Part shown: positions 10,619 to 21,646 of the stretch, piece by piece
How the letters are laid out: every line of letters begins with the position of its first letter
Position numbering within the stretch: the first letter of the stretch is position 1
NCBI GenBank assembly: GCA_963817385.1
Contig: CAWFOM010000016.1
Coordinates: forward strand, 110,122 to 174,121
DNA length: 64,000 bases
DNA from: an uncultured delta proteobacterium
Lineage (GTDB): Bacteria; Desulfobacterota; Syntrophia; Syntrophales; UBA5619
Direction: 5' to 3'
Notes under the pieces: generated by a model
Seen by the model: only the letters and a program-made list of their open reading frames with translations
The model's database searches: none
What the model was told of the DNA's origin: nothing
Made by a program: the position numbers and the translations under genes

Positions 10619-12237
10619 CTACATGCGGAACAGCCCGTGACCCTGGGGGCCGCTGTGAATGGGGCCGTTGAGCGAGGCCGAGATGGCCAGCCCCAGGACG
10701 TCCCTCGTCTTGGCCGGATCGAGTATCCCGTCGTCCCAGAGGTTGGCCGTGGAGTAGTAGGCGTTGCCCTCCTTCTCCGCCATGGCGACGATCGGCTCCT
10801 TGATCGCCTTGACCATCTCTTCGGCGAGGGGGGGCTGCCCCTCCCGGGCGAGCTGGTCGTTTTTCACGGAGATGAGCACGTTGGCCGCCTGTTCGCCCCC
10901 CATGACGCCGATCTGGGCGTTGGGCCACATCCAGAGGAAGCGCGGCGAGTAGCCCCGGCCGCACATCCCGTAGTTGCCGGCGCCGAAGGAGGCCCCGACG
11001 ATCACGGTAAACTTGGGGACCGTGGCGGTGGCCACGGCGTTGACCATTTTGTGGCCGTCCTTGGTGATCCCTCCCCGTTCATACTCCCGGCCGATGATGT
11101 AGCCGGTGATGTTCTGGAGGAAGATGAGCGGGATGCCGCGTTTGTCGCAGATCTCGATGAATTGCGTCGCCTTCAGGGCGCTGTTGGAAAAGAGGACCCC
11201 GTAATTGCCGAGGATCCCCACCGGGTAGCCGTGGATATAGGCCCAGCCGCAGACGAGGGTGGGCCCATAGAGCGCCTTGAATTCCAGAAATTCGCTGCCG
11301 TCGACGATCCGGGCGATCACTTCGCGGATGTCGTAGAGGGTGCTCAGGCTGCGGGGGACGATCCCGTAGAGTTCCCTCGGATCGTAGAGCGGGGGGCGGG
11401 GGGAGCGGGTGGTGAGCGTGGGATTTGCCCGGATCGGGGAGCCCCTGGACGATGTCCCTGATGATCTGGATGGCGTGGGCGTCGTCTTCGGCCCAGTAGT
11501 CGGAAACGCCGCTGTCGCGGCAGTGGAGATCGGCGCCCCCCAATTCGTCCGCCGTCACCACCTCGCCCGTGGCGGCCCGCACCAGGGGAGGACCGCCGAG
11601 AAAGATCGCCCCGGTCCCCTTTACATGGACCACCTCGTCGCTCATCGCCGGGATGTAGGCGGCCCCGGCCGTGCAGAGGCCCATCACCGCGGTGATCTGC
11701 GGGATCCCCATCTTGCTGATGATTGCCTGGTTGTAAAAGATACGACCCCCGTCGTCCGAATCCGGAAACACCTCGGACTGCAAGGGCAGATACGCCCCGC
11801 CGGAATCGACCAGGCTGATCAGGGGCAGGCGGTTTTCCATGGCGATCGTCTGGCATCTGAGGGCTTTTTTCACCCCCATCGGATAGATGGTGCCCCCCTT
11901 GATGGTGGGGTCATTGGCCGTGACCAGCACTTCCCGGCCATGGATGACGCCGATGACGACCACGCTCCCCGCCCCGTGAACCCCTTTGTCGTACATGTCG
12001 TATGCGGCGAGCGGTGCGATCTCCAGGACAGGGGTGTTTTTGTCCAGGAGCAGCTCCAGCCTCTTGCGCACGGAAAGTTTGTTCTGTTCGGCCAGGCGGC
12101 CCAGGGCCTTCTCCGATCTCACCTCCCGGGCGATCCGGAGCTCCTCGTTGAGACGGGCGACCATCGCCTCCATACGGCCGATAGTTTTCCAGATACTGGG
12201 GATCTTTCTTGTCCACTTTCGTTTCGATGACGTCCAT
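10619..12237 (-). CDS. Carboxyltransferase subunit (methylcrotonyl/geranyl-CoA carboxylase beta-like); frameshifts near 12175 and 11400
   Basis: [47 protein letters not shown] spread over three ORFs. Confidence 0.9.
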
Positions 12238-12263
12238 AGGTCGCCTTTCCCTGAAAAGAATCT

Positions 12264-12857
12264 CTATCCCGTCGCCGCCCCGTGGAGAAACACCCGGATG
12301 ATCCCATCGCTGATCCGTTTTTCCCTCGCAGGGGTCAGCGTCTCTTCTCCGAGGATCATGACGGACAGAAAGGTGTCGATGGCGCCGAGAAAGACGTACG
12401 TGAGGTAACGGGCCTGGATGTCGCTGCAGAGAAAGCCGTTCGTCTGTCCTTCCTTGATGATCTCCTGGCAGAGGGCAAAAAGTCCGTTGAATTTGTCCCG
12501 GCCCTTGCTGTGGGCATGATAGACAAATCCCCGGGAAACTTCGGTTACGAAGAGGGTGATCTGATTCGGCTCGTTTGCATAGACGCTGAGGAGGTAGCGG
12601 ATGATCCCGATGAGCTTTTCATCGGTGGGCATGAGGCTCTTCTTCAACACCTCCAGCTTGCTGTAGAAACCCGTCCACCACTTCTCTACGATGGCGTCAA
12701 AGAGCTTTTCCTTGTTTTCAAAATAATGGTAGACCAGCCCGTAGGACATCTCCGCCTCCCGGGCGATGTCCGCCATGCGGGTGTCGGCGTACCCTTTCCT
12801 GCTGAAGACCTTCAGCGCGGCGTTGACGATGATCCGTTCACGGTCCGGTTTATCCAT
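12264..12857 (-). CDS. TetR-family regulator
   Basis: AALKVFSRKGY..DIAREAEMSYGLVYHYFENKE HTH; likely start MDKPD at 12857. Confidence 0.9.
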   Translation of the reverse strand: MDKPDRERIIVNAALKVFSRKGYADTRMADIAREAEMSYGLVYHYFENKEKLFDAIVEKWWTGFYSKLEVLKKSLMPTDEKLIGIIRYLLSVYANEPNQITLFVTEVSRGFVYHAHSKGRDKFNGLFALCQEIIKEGQTNGFLCSDIQARYLTYVFLGAIDTFLSVMILGEETLTPAREKRISDGIIRVFLHGAATG

Positions 12858-12870
12858 AATTACCCCGTAA

Positions 12871-12902
12871 CAGATATTGATTGACATGTCAATCAATATC
12901 TG
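12871..12902. promoter_or_regulatory. Perfect 32-bp palindrome, probable TetR operator in a divergent promoter region
   Basis: CAGATATTGATTGACA|TGTCAATCAATATCTG. Confidence 0.8.
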
Positions 12903-13057
12903 CCCGTATAAAATCACCTTGACATGCAGGACCACTTTTCTTATCCTTAAACACACACAAAAGCAATTCTCAGAAAATCTCCAATGTGCCCCTACCGAAA
13001 ACACCTTGTCGCGCCACTCGGTAACTCGGGAAAATGGGTTGAAATGAGGAGAAGGAA

Positions 13058-14239
13058 ATGGCTGGACCGTTGAAGGGGTTGAAGATCCTCGATTTCACGA
13101 CTCTCCTGCCGGGACCGTACGCGACGATGATGCTCGCGGATATGGGAGCGGACGTGCTTCGGGTTGTCTCCGGCTCCCGTCCCGACCTCGCAGACTTCAT
13201 GCCCCCCTGCATCGCCGGCACGAACCTTTCCTGCGCGACGGCCACCCTCGGGCGGGGGAAGCGCTGCCTGACGCTGAACCTGAAAGACCCGCGGGCCATC
13301 AAAATTGTCCTGAGCCTGATCGCGAGCCATGGCATCCTGATCGAGCAGTTCCGTCCCGGCGTCATGGCAAAGTTCGGTCTCGACTACACAACGCTAAAGG
13401 CGGCAAACCCCTCCCTCATCTACTGCTCCCTTACCGGTTACGGCCAAACGGGTCCCCTGAAGAACAGGGCGGGCCACGACATCAACTATCTCGCCCGTTC
13501 GGGGATTATGGCCTACTCCGGACGAAAGACTGCCGGCCCCTCTCTCACAGGTATGCAGATTGCCGACATCGCTTCGGGATCCAATAATACCGTTATCGGC
13601 ATCCTGGCCGCCGTGGTACACCGGCAGATAACCGGTGAGGGACAGCACATCGACGTCTCCATGACCGACGGCGTCGTCGCCTTCAACGCCGTCGCCGGCG
13701 CCGCGTATCTCGTGGACAAAACGGAAGCACGCCGCGAGGAAGGGGTTCTGAACGGCGGCTCGCTCTATGACTTTTATGAGACGAAAGACGAAGATTACCT
13801 GAGCTTCGGCGGTCTCGAACCCCAGTTCTTCGCCGCCTTTTGCGAGACCATCGGCCGCCCCGACCTGATCCCCGGCGGGATCGTCCCCCCGGATCTTCCC
13901 CGCGTCAAGGAGGAAGTCCGCGCGATCATGAGGACGAAGACACGGGACGAATGGATGCTCCTGTTTGGGAAGGTCGACGCCTGCGTGGAGCCGGTCCTTG
14001 CGCTCGGAGAGGCCCTCAGCGACCCTCACGTCGCGGCGCGGGAACTCATCGTGGAGGTGAACCTGCCCGGGGGCGGCACGGTGAAGCAGCTTGGCCACCC
14101 GATCCGGTATTCGTCGACGCCGCCCGAATACCGGTCGGTCGGGGTTCCGGCAGGGACGCATACGCGGGAGGTCCTCCGCGAACTCGGTTACGCCAAGAGC
14201 GAGATCGATGAATTTGAAAAGACGGGCCTGTTCACCTGA
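13058..14239 (+). CDS. Family III CoA transferase / alpha-methylacyl-CoA racemase-like
   Basis: LPGPYATMMLADMGA, FRPGV, GHDINY, QIAD. Confidence 0.9.
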   Translation: MAGPLKGLKILDFTTLLPGPYATMMLADMGADVLRVVSGSRPDLADFMPPCIAGTNLSCATATLGRGKRCLTLNLKDPRAIKIVLSLIASHGILIEQFRPGVMAKFGLDYTTLKAANPSLIYCSLTGYGQTGPLKNRAGHDINYLARSGIMAYSGRKTAGPSLTGMQIADIASGSNNTVIGILAAVVHRQITGEGQHIDVSMTDGVVAFNAVAGAAYLVDKTEARREEGVLNGGSLYDFYETKDEDYLSFGGLEPQFFAAFCETIGRPDLIPGGIVPPDLPRVKEEVRAIMRTKTRDEWMLLFGKVDACVEPVLALGEALSDPHVAARELIVEVNLPGGGTVKQLGHPIRYSSTPPEYRSVGVPAGTHTREVLRELGYAKSEIDEFEKTGLFT

Positions 14240-14312
14240 CGGCCCCTCCACCGTCAGATGAACAGGAAAGAGCACAAGTGACGCTGACAGGATTACACGA
14301 CAACTGCGGGGG

Positions 14313-15119
14313 ATGATTATGGACAGCAGCTTCAAAATCGAAAAGGAAGGGAACGTGGCCTGGCTGATCCTGAACCGGCCGGAGAAGCGAAATTCCATGA
14401 CCTGGGAGTTCTTCGCGGAACTTGCTGAGTCCATGCAGGCCTTCGACGACGACCCGGAGATCCGGGCGGTCGTCATCAGTGCGGCGGGGAAGATGTTCAC
14501 CGCCGGCCTCGATCTTGTCGCCGCGGGATCCCTCATGGGTGACGGCTCGGCCACTTATCGGGAGGGGCTGCGGCGGAAGGTCCTCGATTTGCAGGAGACG
14601 ATCAGCGCCATCGAACGCTGCCGCAAGCCCGTCATCGCGGCGGCGCACGGTTGGTGCATCGGAGCGGGAGTGGATCTGCTCTGCGCCTGCGACATCCGGC
14701 TGGCCGCCAGGGACGCGCTCTTCTCCATCCGGGAGACACGGATCGGGATCATCGCCGATCTCGGCACGCTGCAGCGACTCCCCCACATCATCGGCCACGG
14801 CTGGACGAACGAACTGGCGCTAACGGGCCGGGACTTCACTGCGGAGGAGGCGCTGAAGATGGGGTTCATCACCCGCCTCTGCGATGACCGGGAGGCGCTC
14901 ACCCGGGAGGCAAAGACCCTTGCGGACGAGATCGCCGGACTCCCGCCGCTTGCCGTCCAGGGGACAAAAGAGGTGCTCCTCCACGGACGCGACCATGGCG
15001 TCCGGGCGGGGCTTGACTCCATCGCCCAGAAGAACGCCGCTCTCATCCCCAACGAGGATATGATGGAGGCCGTCGCGGCCTTCCTCGAGAAGCGGCAGCC
15101 GACGTTCAAAGGGCGGTAG
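14313..15119 (+). CDS. Crotonase family, delta3,5-delta2,4-dienoyl-CoA isomerase-like
   Basis: FTAGLDL, HGWCIGAGVDL, ETRIGIIADLGTLQRLP. Confidence 0.88.
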   Translation: MIMDSSFKIEKEGNVAWLILNRPEKRNSMTWEFFAELAESMQAFDDDPEIRAVVISAAGKMFTAGLDLVAAGSLMGDGSATYREGLRRKVLDLQETISAIERCRKPVIAAAHGWCIGAGVDLLCACDIRLAARDALFSIRETRIGIIADLGTLQRLPHIIGHGWTNELALTGRDFTAEEALKMGFITRLCDDREALTREAKTLADEIAGLPPLAVQGTKEVLLHGRDHGVRAGLDSIAQKNAALIPNEDMMEAVAAFLEKRQPTFKGR

Positions 15120-15263
15120 ATGGACAGCGGTACAGAAGCCACGGTTTTTTCCTATAATCGATAAATAATTGACCAATGGCTTGTTATCGTTCAGAATGAA
15201 ACTGAGACAGGGACAACCCTCAGCCCTTCACAGGACTGAGGTAAGATGAAAAAAGGAGGCGTC

Positions 15264-16589
15264 ATGGCGTCATCGAAAGTCTGGTACATGGATGCCCGGG
15301 CGAGGCGTTTTCTTGAATCGACGGCCATCAAGGGCCGCCAGATCATCGAGCGTTCCGGCTGGCTGGACAATCTCCAGCGGGGCGACATCGTGGCTCTGAA
15401 GACCCACATGGGCGAGGCCTACAACGTGGGCTATCTGCGGCCCGTGATCATCAGCACCCTGGTCGATCTCCTGAAGGAACGGGGGCTCCGTCCCTTCGTC
15501 ACCGACACGACGACCATGCCCTACCACCCCTGGATCAGCCGGACCCTGGCCATGGATCACCTGGAGACCGCCAACAAAAACGGCTTCAACCAGGGCACCG
15601 TCGGCTGCCCGATCGTCATGGCGGACGGCTGGCTCGGGACCGATGACGTGATCGTCGACCTCAAGGGGCGGGGAAACTACCTGAAGAAGCAGTTCGTGGC
15701 CCGCGCGATCGCCGATGCCGATGCGCTCCTGTCGGTGGCGCATTTCAAGGGGCACCCGGCCGGCGGATACGGGGGATCGCTCAAGAACATCGGCGTCGGC
15801 GGGGCAAGCAAGCGGGGCAAGATGAATCTGCACGGCGCCCTGGCCGGCGACAAGCCCGTGATCGACGCCAAACTCTGCCCGGGACGCAGCTGCGAATGGT
15901 GGCAGGTCTGCGAGGACTGCTGCCCCGAGGGATCAATTAAGGTGACGGACAAGGGGCTGGAAGTGGACCTGGAGAGTTGCGTCTACTGCTTCGCGTGCGC
16001 CAATCTCTGCGTTAACATGGCGGGAGTCAAGAGCATCCAGCGTTTCGACCATCTGCCCACCCTCGGGCGCCGCATCGCCGATTCAGCGCTCGCCGCCATG
16101 ATGACGAAGGAGGAGGGGAAAGCCTTCTTCCTCAATTTCGCCATGGACATCAGCCCCAGTTGCGACTGCTACGGCTGGACCGACACCCCCATCGTCAACG
16201 GCCTCGGAATCCTCGCCTCCTACGATCCGGTGGCCGTCGACAAGGCCTGCATCGACATGATGAATGCCGCTCCGGGCCTCCTCAATTCCGAGGCGGAGGA
16301 GTTCGGGGCCCTGGCCTGTGGCGCGAAGAAACTCAACGTCATCAAGGGAAAAGACGTCGAGGCGCAGATCCATGGCGGTGTGGCCAACGGCTTGGGCTCG
16401 GCCGACTACGCAATCGAGAAGGTTCCTCTGGACCGAAGCCAGGCGGCGATCAGCACCTTCTACCCCGAGGTGCGGGCCCGGAAACTCAAGGCGATGTATG
16501 CAAAAAACCACCCCCTCAAGGGCCTGGATACGGCCTCGTTCGGACGGCCGACCGAGGGAGTGGCGGACCCGCGGCATCCGAAAAAGTAG
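15264..16589 (+). CDS. DUF362 family Fe-S protein with ferredoxin domain
   Basis: KTHMGE, HFKGH..GGSLKN, CEDCCP and CVYCFAC clusters, PSCDC, DPVAVD. Confidence 0.85.
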   Translation: MASSKVWYMDARARRFLESTAIKGRQIIERSGWLDNLQRGDIVALKTHMGEAYNVGYLRPVIISTLVDLLKERGLRPFVTDTTTMPYHPWISRTLAMDHLETANKNGFNQGTVGCPIVMADGWLGTDDVIVDLKGRGNYLKKQFVARAIADADALLSVAHFKGHPAGGYGGSLKNIGVGGASKRGKMNLHGALAGDKPVIDAKLCPGRSCEWWQVCEDCCPEGSIKVTDKGLEVDLESCVYCFACANLCVNMAGVKSIQRFDHLPTLGRRIADSALAAMMTKEEGKAFFLNFAMDISPSCDCYGWTDTPIVNGLGILASYDPVAVDKACIDMMNAAPGLLNSEAEEFGALACGAKKLNVIKGKDVEAQIHGGVANGLGSADYAIEKVPLDRSQAAISTFYPEVRARKLKAMYAKNHPLKGLDTASFGRPTEGVADPRHPKK

Positions 16590-16642
16590 CAGGGATCTGA
16601 TGTCCGTTTTCACGCGAGACTGATGAAAAAAGGAGAATATCT

Positions 16643-18507
16643 ATGGGCAATATGCTGGTGAACACGCGTGATCAGAAGTTCGTTCTCTACGAGCAGATCG
16701 GGATTGAAAAGCTGTTTGAATCGGATAAATTCAAAGACTTCTCCCGCGAGATCGTGGACATGATGCTCTCGGAGGCCGAAAAGCTGGCGGTGGAGGAGAT
16801 TCTTCCGACCTACGAGGTGGGGGACAAACAGGACCCGGTGGTCTTTAGGGAGGGAAAGACCTATGCGCCGAAGTGCTATCACGAGCCCTACCGGAAATAC
16901 TGCGAGGCCGGCTGGGTTTGTTCCGTCGCCCCTCCCGAGCTGGGCGGGCAGGGGGTGCCGATCTCGGTCTACAGCGCCTGCACCGAACTTTTCGGCGCCG
17001 CGAACTACGCCTTTCAGATGTACCCCGGCCTCACCCTGGGGGCGGCCGCGATGATCGCCGCGCGCGGCACGGAGGTGCAGATCGAGAAGTATGCGCTCAA
17101 GATGTTCTCCGGCGAGTGGTGCGGCACCATGTGCCTTACCGAGCCCGGCGCCGGCTCCGATGTGGGCAATCTCCGGACGACCGCCAAACGGTTGCCCGAC
17201 GGCACGTACCGCATCACCGGAACGAAGTGTTTCATCTCCTCGGGAGACCACGATCTCACCGAACAAATCGTCCATCCCGTCCTCGCCAGGATCGAAGGCG
17301 ACCCCCCGGGAACGAAGGGGATCTCCCTCTTTATTGTTCCCAAGTACCGGGTGAACGACGACGGGGGCCTCGGGGAGTTCAACGACGTGGTCACCGGCGG
17401 CATCGAACACAAGATGGGGATCAAGGGCTCCGCCACCGCCACCCTCAATTTCGGCGACAACGGCAGTTGCATCGGCGAGCTCCTGGGGGAGGAGCGCGAA
17501 GGAATGAAGATCATGTTCCTGATGATGAACGAAGCCCGCCTCAGTACCGGGATGCAGGGCCTGGATCTGGCCAGCGTCAGCTTCGAGCATGCGGTGCAGT
17601 ATGCCAAGGAACGCATCCAGTCGCGGCGCATCGAGGACTGGAGCAATCAGGCCGCCCCGCCGGTCGCCATCATCAATCACCCCGATATCCGGCGTTCCCT
17701 GCTCTGGATGAAGTCGCACGTGGAGGGGATGCGGGCCATGAACTATTTCATCGCCTTCTGCATCGACCGGGAAGGGACCGCCGCCACTGAGCGAGGAGCG
17801 GGAGAAGATGAAGGGGTTCGTCGAACTCCTCACCCCGATCAGCAAGGCCTACTGCTCCGACAAGGCCGTCGAGATCTGCACGCTCGGCATCGATATCTTC
17901 GGCGGATACGGCTACTGCACCGAATATCCGATGGAGCAGTATCTCCGGGACTCCAAGATCGCCACCATCTACGAGGGGACCAACTACATCCAGTCTCTCG
18001 ACCTCGTGGGGAGAAAACTGGGACAGAACAAGGGGAAAAATCTGATGAACCTCTTCGGGGAAATCGCCGCCGCGATCGGAAAGGCGAAAGAATGCGACAA
18101 ACTGAAGGCATCCGCCTCGCACCTCGAAGCGGCCCTCGCGGCCCTGGGCGACCTGACGATGAATTTCGCCGTCCTGGGGAAAGAGCCTGGATTACGTCAT
18201 CCCCGTCATGAATGCGCGGCCGTTCTTAATGATCATGGGCGATATCGTCATCGGCTGGAAGCTGCTGGAGGCCGCAGGCATTGCGCAGAAAAAGCTGGAT
18301 GTCCTGTATAAGGAAGCGGGAGCCGATGAGGCAAAAGCCGCCGCCCTGGCCCGGGATAACGCCGAAGTCGCGTTCTACCAGGGGAAGGTCGCCTCCGCAA
18401 AGTACTTCGCCGCCAATGTCCTTCCCACCGTCGAAGGAAGATGCAAATCGATAACATTGAAGGACAAGACGCCGGTCGAGATGGCGGAGCAGTCGTTTTC
18501 CGCCTGA
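16643..18507 (+). CDS. Long acyl-CoA dehydrogenase with C-terminal domain; frameshifts near 17790 and 18190
   Basis: MCLTEPGAGSDVG, EHKMGIKGS, MMNEAR, FGGYGY, IYEGTN spread over three ORFs. Confidence 0.9.
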
Positions 18508-18548
18508 TCCCGACGCGACGAAAAGCGGCGCTACGAGACCTCGATATC

Positions 18549-18682
18549 TGACGACGTTGTAAAAAGTCGTCACCCCGGCGAAAGCCGGGGTCCAGTGCTT
18601 TTGTAACCATTTGATGTCTCTGGATACCGGCTTTCGCCGGTATGACATTTACCGTCGTTTTCGACTTTTTACGAAAGCATCA
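18549..18682. repeat. MITE/REP-like element: terminal inverted repeats enclosing two hairpins
   Basis: GTAAAAAGTCG...CGACTTTTTAC ends; internal ACCCCGGC-GAAA-GCCGGGGT and ATACCGGC-TTTC-GCCGGTAT. Confidence 0.8.
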
Positions 18683-18776
18683 TCTCTGCTTTTTGTGTCA
18701 TTCACACGCAAGCGGGCATCCGGAAAACCTTTGACGAAATCCGCTTTCTGCGTCGGGAGGGATAAGGAGACATTCC

Positions 18777-20447
18777 ATGGAAACGAAACCCTGGCACCGG
18801 CACTATGACTACAACGTTCCCACTACCATCCGCTATCCGAGGATAGCGGCCCAGACCATCTTCCAGCTGGCCGCCGGGACCTTCCCGGACAAGCCCGCCA
18901 CGAACTTCTACGGGACCGAGATCACCCTCTGGCAGCTCCGGGAGCAGATGCTCCGCATGACGAACGCCCTGGGAAAGCTCGGCGTGAAGAAAGGCGACCG
19001 GGTGGGCATCCACCTGCCCACCTGCCCCCAGTTCGTCATCTCCTACCTGGCCACCCTTTCCCTGGGCGCGATCGCGGTGAACTTAAACCCGCTCTCTTCC
19101 GCAAGCGAGCTCAAGTTCATCGTGGAAAACACGGCACTGGAGACGATCATCACCTTCGACATGGTCCTTCCCACCGTCCGTCCGCTCGTCAAGGATTTGG
19201 GGATCAAGCGGGTGGTCGTGACCAGGATTACGGACTACATCACCGGGTTCGGCGTGAGCACCGCCAAGGATCTGGATCTCGAGGAGGGATGGCGCCACTT
19301 CTCCGAGCTCATCGCGGGGACCACCGAAACACGCCTCCCCCGCATCCCGTTTGCCCCGGATGATCCGGCCCTGATCCAGTTCACCGGCGGCACCACGGGG
19401 GTTCCCAAGGGCGCGCTCCTGACCCACGCCAATATCGTGGCCGCCACCCTCCAGGCCTCCCTGTGGGGCAATCCGACGATCAGCATGGTACCGCCGGAAA
19501 AGCGGAACGTCCTCGCCGTCCTTCCCTACTTCCATGTCTACGGCAGTATCGTCTGCATGAACTGGGCGTTCTTCAACTGCGCCACCCAGATCCTGGTGCC
19601 GCGCTTCGACATCGAGGAGCTCCTGGGGATCATCGGCAACTTCGAGAAGATCACCTTCTTCCCGGCCGTGCCGACGCTCATCACCGCGATCATCAACCAC
19701 CCCCGAGCGGCCGGCCTCAACCTCGACAAGCGGCTGGGGCTCCTCAATTCCGGCGCCGCGCCGATGGCGGTGGAACTGATCGAACGGGTGCAGGATATGG
19801 GGATCACCTTCAGCGAGGGGTACGGCCTGAGCGAATCGACTTCCCTGGGGATGGCCAATCCCGTGCTGGGGATGAAAAAAGTGGGGAGCATCGGCATCCC
19901 GTTCCCGGACAACGAGGTGCGCCTGGTGGACGTGGAGACCGGCACCCGGGACGTAAAACCCGGGGATCCGGGCGAGATCGTCATGAAGGGCCCGCTCATC
20001 ATGCAGGGGTACTGGAACAACCCTGCCGAAACCGCGGGACAGCTCCGGGACGGCTGGCTCCACACCGGCGACATCGCCCAGGCGGATGAGGACGGTTATC
20101 TCTTCATCGTGGACCGGAAGAAGGACATGATCATCGCCGGCGGGTTCAACATCTATCCCCGCGAGATCGACGAGGTGCTCTACCAGTGCCCGAAGGTGTG
20201 CGAGGCGGTCTCCGTCGGCATCCCGGATGAGTACCGCGGCGAAACGGTGAAGGCCTTCGTGGTCCTGAAACCCGGCGAGACCGCCACGGACAAGGAGATC
20301 ATCGACTTCTGCAAAGGGAAGCTCACCAAGTACAAGGTGCCGACGGCGGTGGAGTTCCGGGCGTCCCTGCCGAAATCCGCGGTCGGCAAGATCCTCCGCA
20401 AGATCCTGCGGCAGGAGGAGATGGAAAAGAAAGCAAAGAAACCGTAA
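18777..20447 (+). CDS. Long-chain fatty acid CoA ligase (FadD-like)
   Basis: FTGGTTGVPKG, EGYGLSE, LHTGD, LPKSAVGKILR. Confidence 0.95.
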   Translation: METKPWHRHYDYNVPTTIRYPRIAAQTIFQLAAGTFPDKPATNFYGTEITLWQLREQMLRMTNALGKLGVKKGDRVGIHLPTCPQFVISYLATLSLGAIAVNLNPLSSASELKFIVENTALETIITFDMVLPTVRPLVKDLGIKRVVVTRITDYITGFGVSTAKDLDLEEGWRHFSELIAGTTETRLPRIPFAPDDPALIQFTGGTTGVPKGALLTHANIVAATLQASLWGNPTISMVPPEKRNVLAVLPYFHVYGSIVCMNWAFFNCATQILVPRFDIEELLGIIGNFEKITFFPAVPTLITAIINHPRAAGLNLDKRLGLLNSGAAPMAVELIERVQDMGITFSEGYGLSESTSLGMANPVLGMKKVGSIGIPFPDNEVRLVDVETGTRDVKPGDPGEIVMKGPLIMQGYWNNPAETAGQLRDGWLHTGDIAQADEDGYLFIVDRKKDMIIAGGFNIYPREIDEVLYQCPKVCEAVSVGIPDEYRGETVKAFVVLKPGETATDKEIIDFCKGKLTKYKVPTAVEFRASLPKSAVGKILRKILRQEEMEKKAKKP

Positions 20448-20458
20448 GGAGAATCGCC

Positions 20459-21646
20459 ATGACGACAGAATGTGTATTTATCGATGCGGTCCGTACGGCA
20501 AACGCGCGGGCCCACAAGGACAAGGGATGGTTCCGGAACGTGCGGCCCGATGAGCTGCTCACCGCCGTGTACACGGCGCTTTTCGCCAGGAATCCCCGGG
20601 TAAAGCCGGAGATGGTGGACGTCGTCTTTGTCGGGTCTTCCAATCCTTCCGGGATGCAGAACGAGATCGGAAGGCTTGCCTGGCTGGCATCATCGCTTCC
20701 GGAAACCGTTCCCTCTCAGACCATCTGCAATCAATGCCCGTCGGGGATGTCGGCCACGATGGATGCGGCGCGCGCGATCATGGCGGGCGAAACGGAAATC
20801 ATGATCGCCGCCGGGGTCGATGACATGGAGAAGGTGGCGATGGGGGCGAATATGGATTTCCCGCCGCGGCTATTTACCCGGTATAACATCATGGACATAA
20901 CCATGGGCGCGACCGCCGAGAAGGTCGCGGATCAATACGGCATATCCGTGGACGACATGAACAACTTCGCCATCCATTCGCATGAGTGCGCAAGACGGGC
21001 CAGGGATGCCGGCAAGTTCAAAAACGAGATCGTCCCCGTGAAGGGGGTGAGTGAAGACGGGAGCGAATTCATGGTCGACCGTGACCAGTGGATCCGCGAG
21101 AAGCTGGATCCCGCCGAAATGAGGGCGATGAAGACCCCGTTTAAGGAAAACGGCAAGATCACCGCCGCCATGTCGTCGCCGCTCACCGCCGGCGCCGCAG
21201 CCCTGCTGCTGATGAGCCGGGAAAAGGCCGATCGGCTCGGACTTGCCTATGCCTATCGGTACCGATACGGCATACAGACGGGAAACGACCCGACCGTCAT
21301 GGGGATCGGACCCATCGCCGCGGTAAGGAAGCTCTTTGAGAAAACCGGTTTGACGCCGGACGATATCGGCGCGGTCGAGATCAATGAGGCCTTCGCGAGC
21401 CAGGCGCTGGCGTGCATCCGGGCGTTGAAGCTCGATCATGACAACGTCCCCTTCGCGAAGGTGAATACCTGGGGCGGCGCCATCGCCCTGGGACACCCGC
21501 TGGGCGAATCAGGGGCCCGGATCATCGTCACCTTGCTCAACCGGATGAAGACCGATTATCCGCAGGAAAAATATGGCCTGGCGACACTTTGCGGCGGTTT
21601 CGGAAATGCCAACGCGGTCCTCATTGAAAATGTCAATCTTTCATGA
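20459..21646 (+). CDS. Thiolase (acetyl-CoA acyltransferase)
   Basis: NQCPSG, INEAFA, GHPLG, LCGGFG. Confidence 0.93.
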   Translation: MTTECVFIDAVRTANARAHKDKGWFRNVRPDELLTAVYTALFARNPRVKPEMVDVVFVGSSNPSGMQNEIGRLAWLASSLPETVPSQTICNQCPSGMSATMDAARAIMAGETEIMIAAGVDDMEKVAMGANMDFPPRLFTRYNIMDITMGATAEKVADQYGISVDDMNNFAIHSHECARRARDAGKFKNEIVPVKGVSEDGSEFMVDRDQWIREKLDPAEMRAMKTPFKENGKITAAMSSPLTAGAAALLLMSREKADRLGLAYAYRYRYGIQTGNDPTVMGIGPIAAVRKLFEKTGLTPDDIGAVEINEAFASQALACIRALKLDHDNVPFAKVNTWGGAIALGHPLGESGARIIVTLLNRMKTDYPQEKYGLATLCGGFGNANAVLIENVNLS

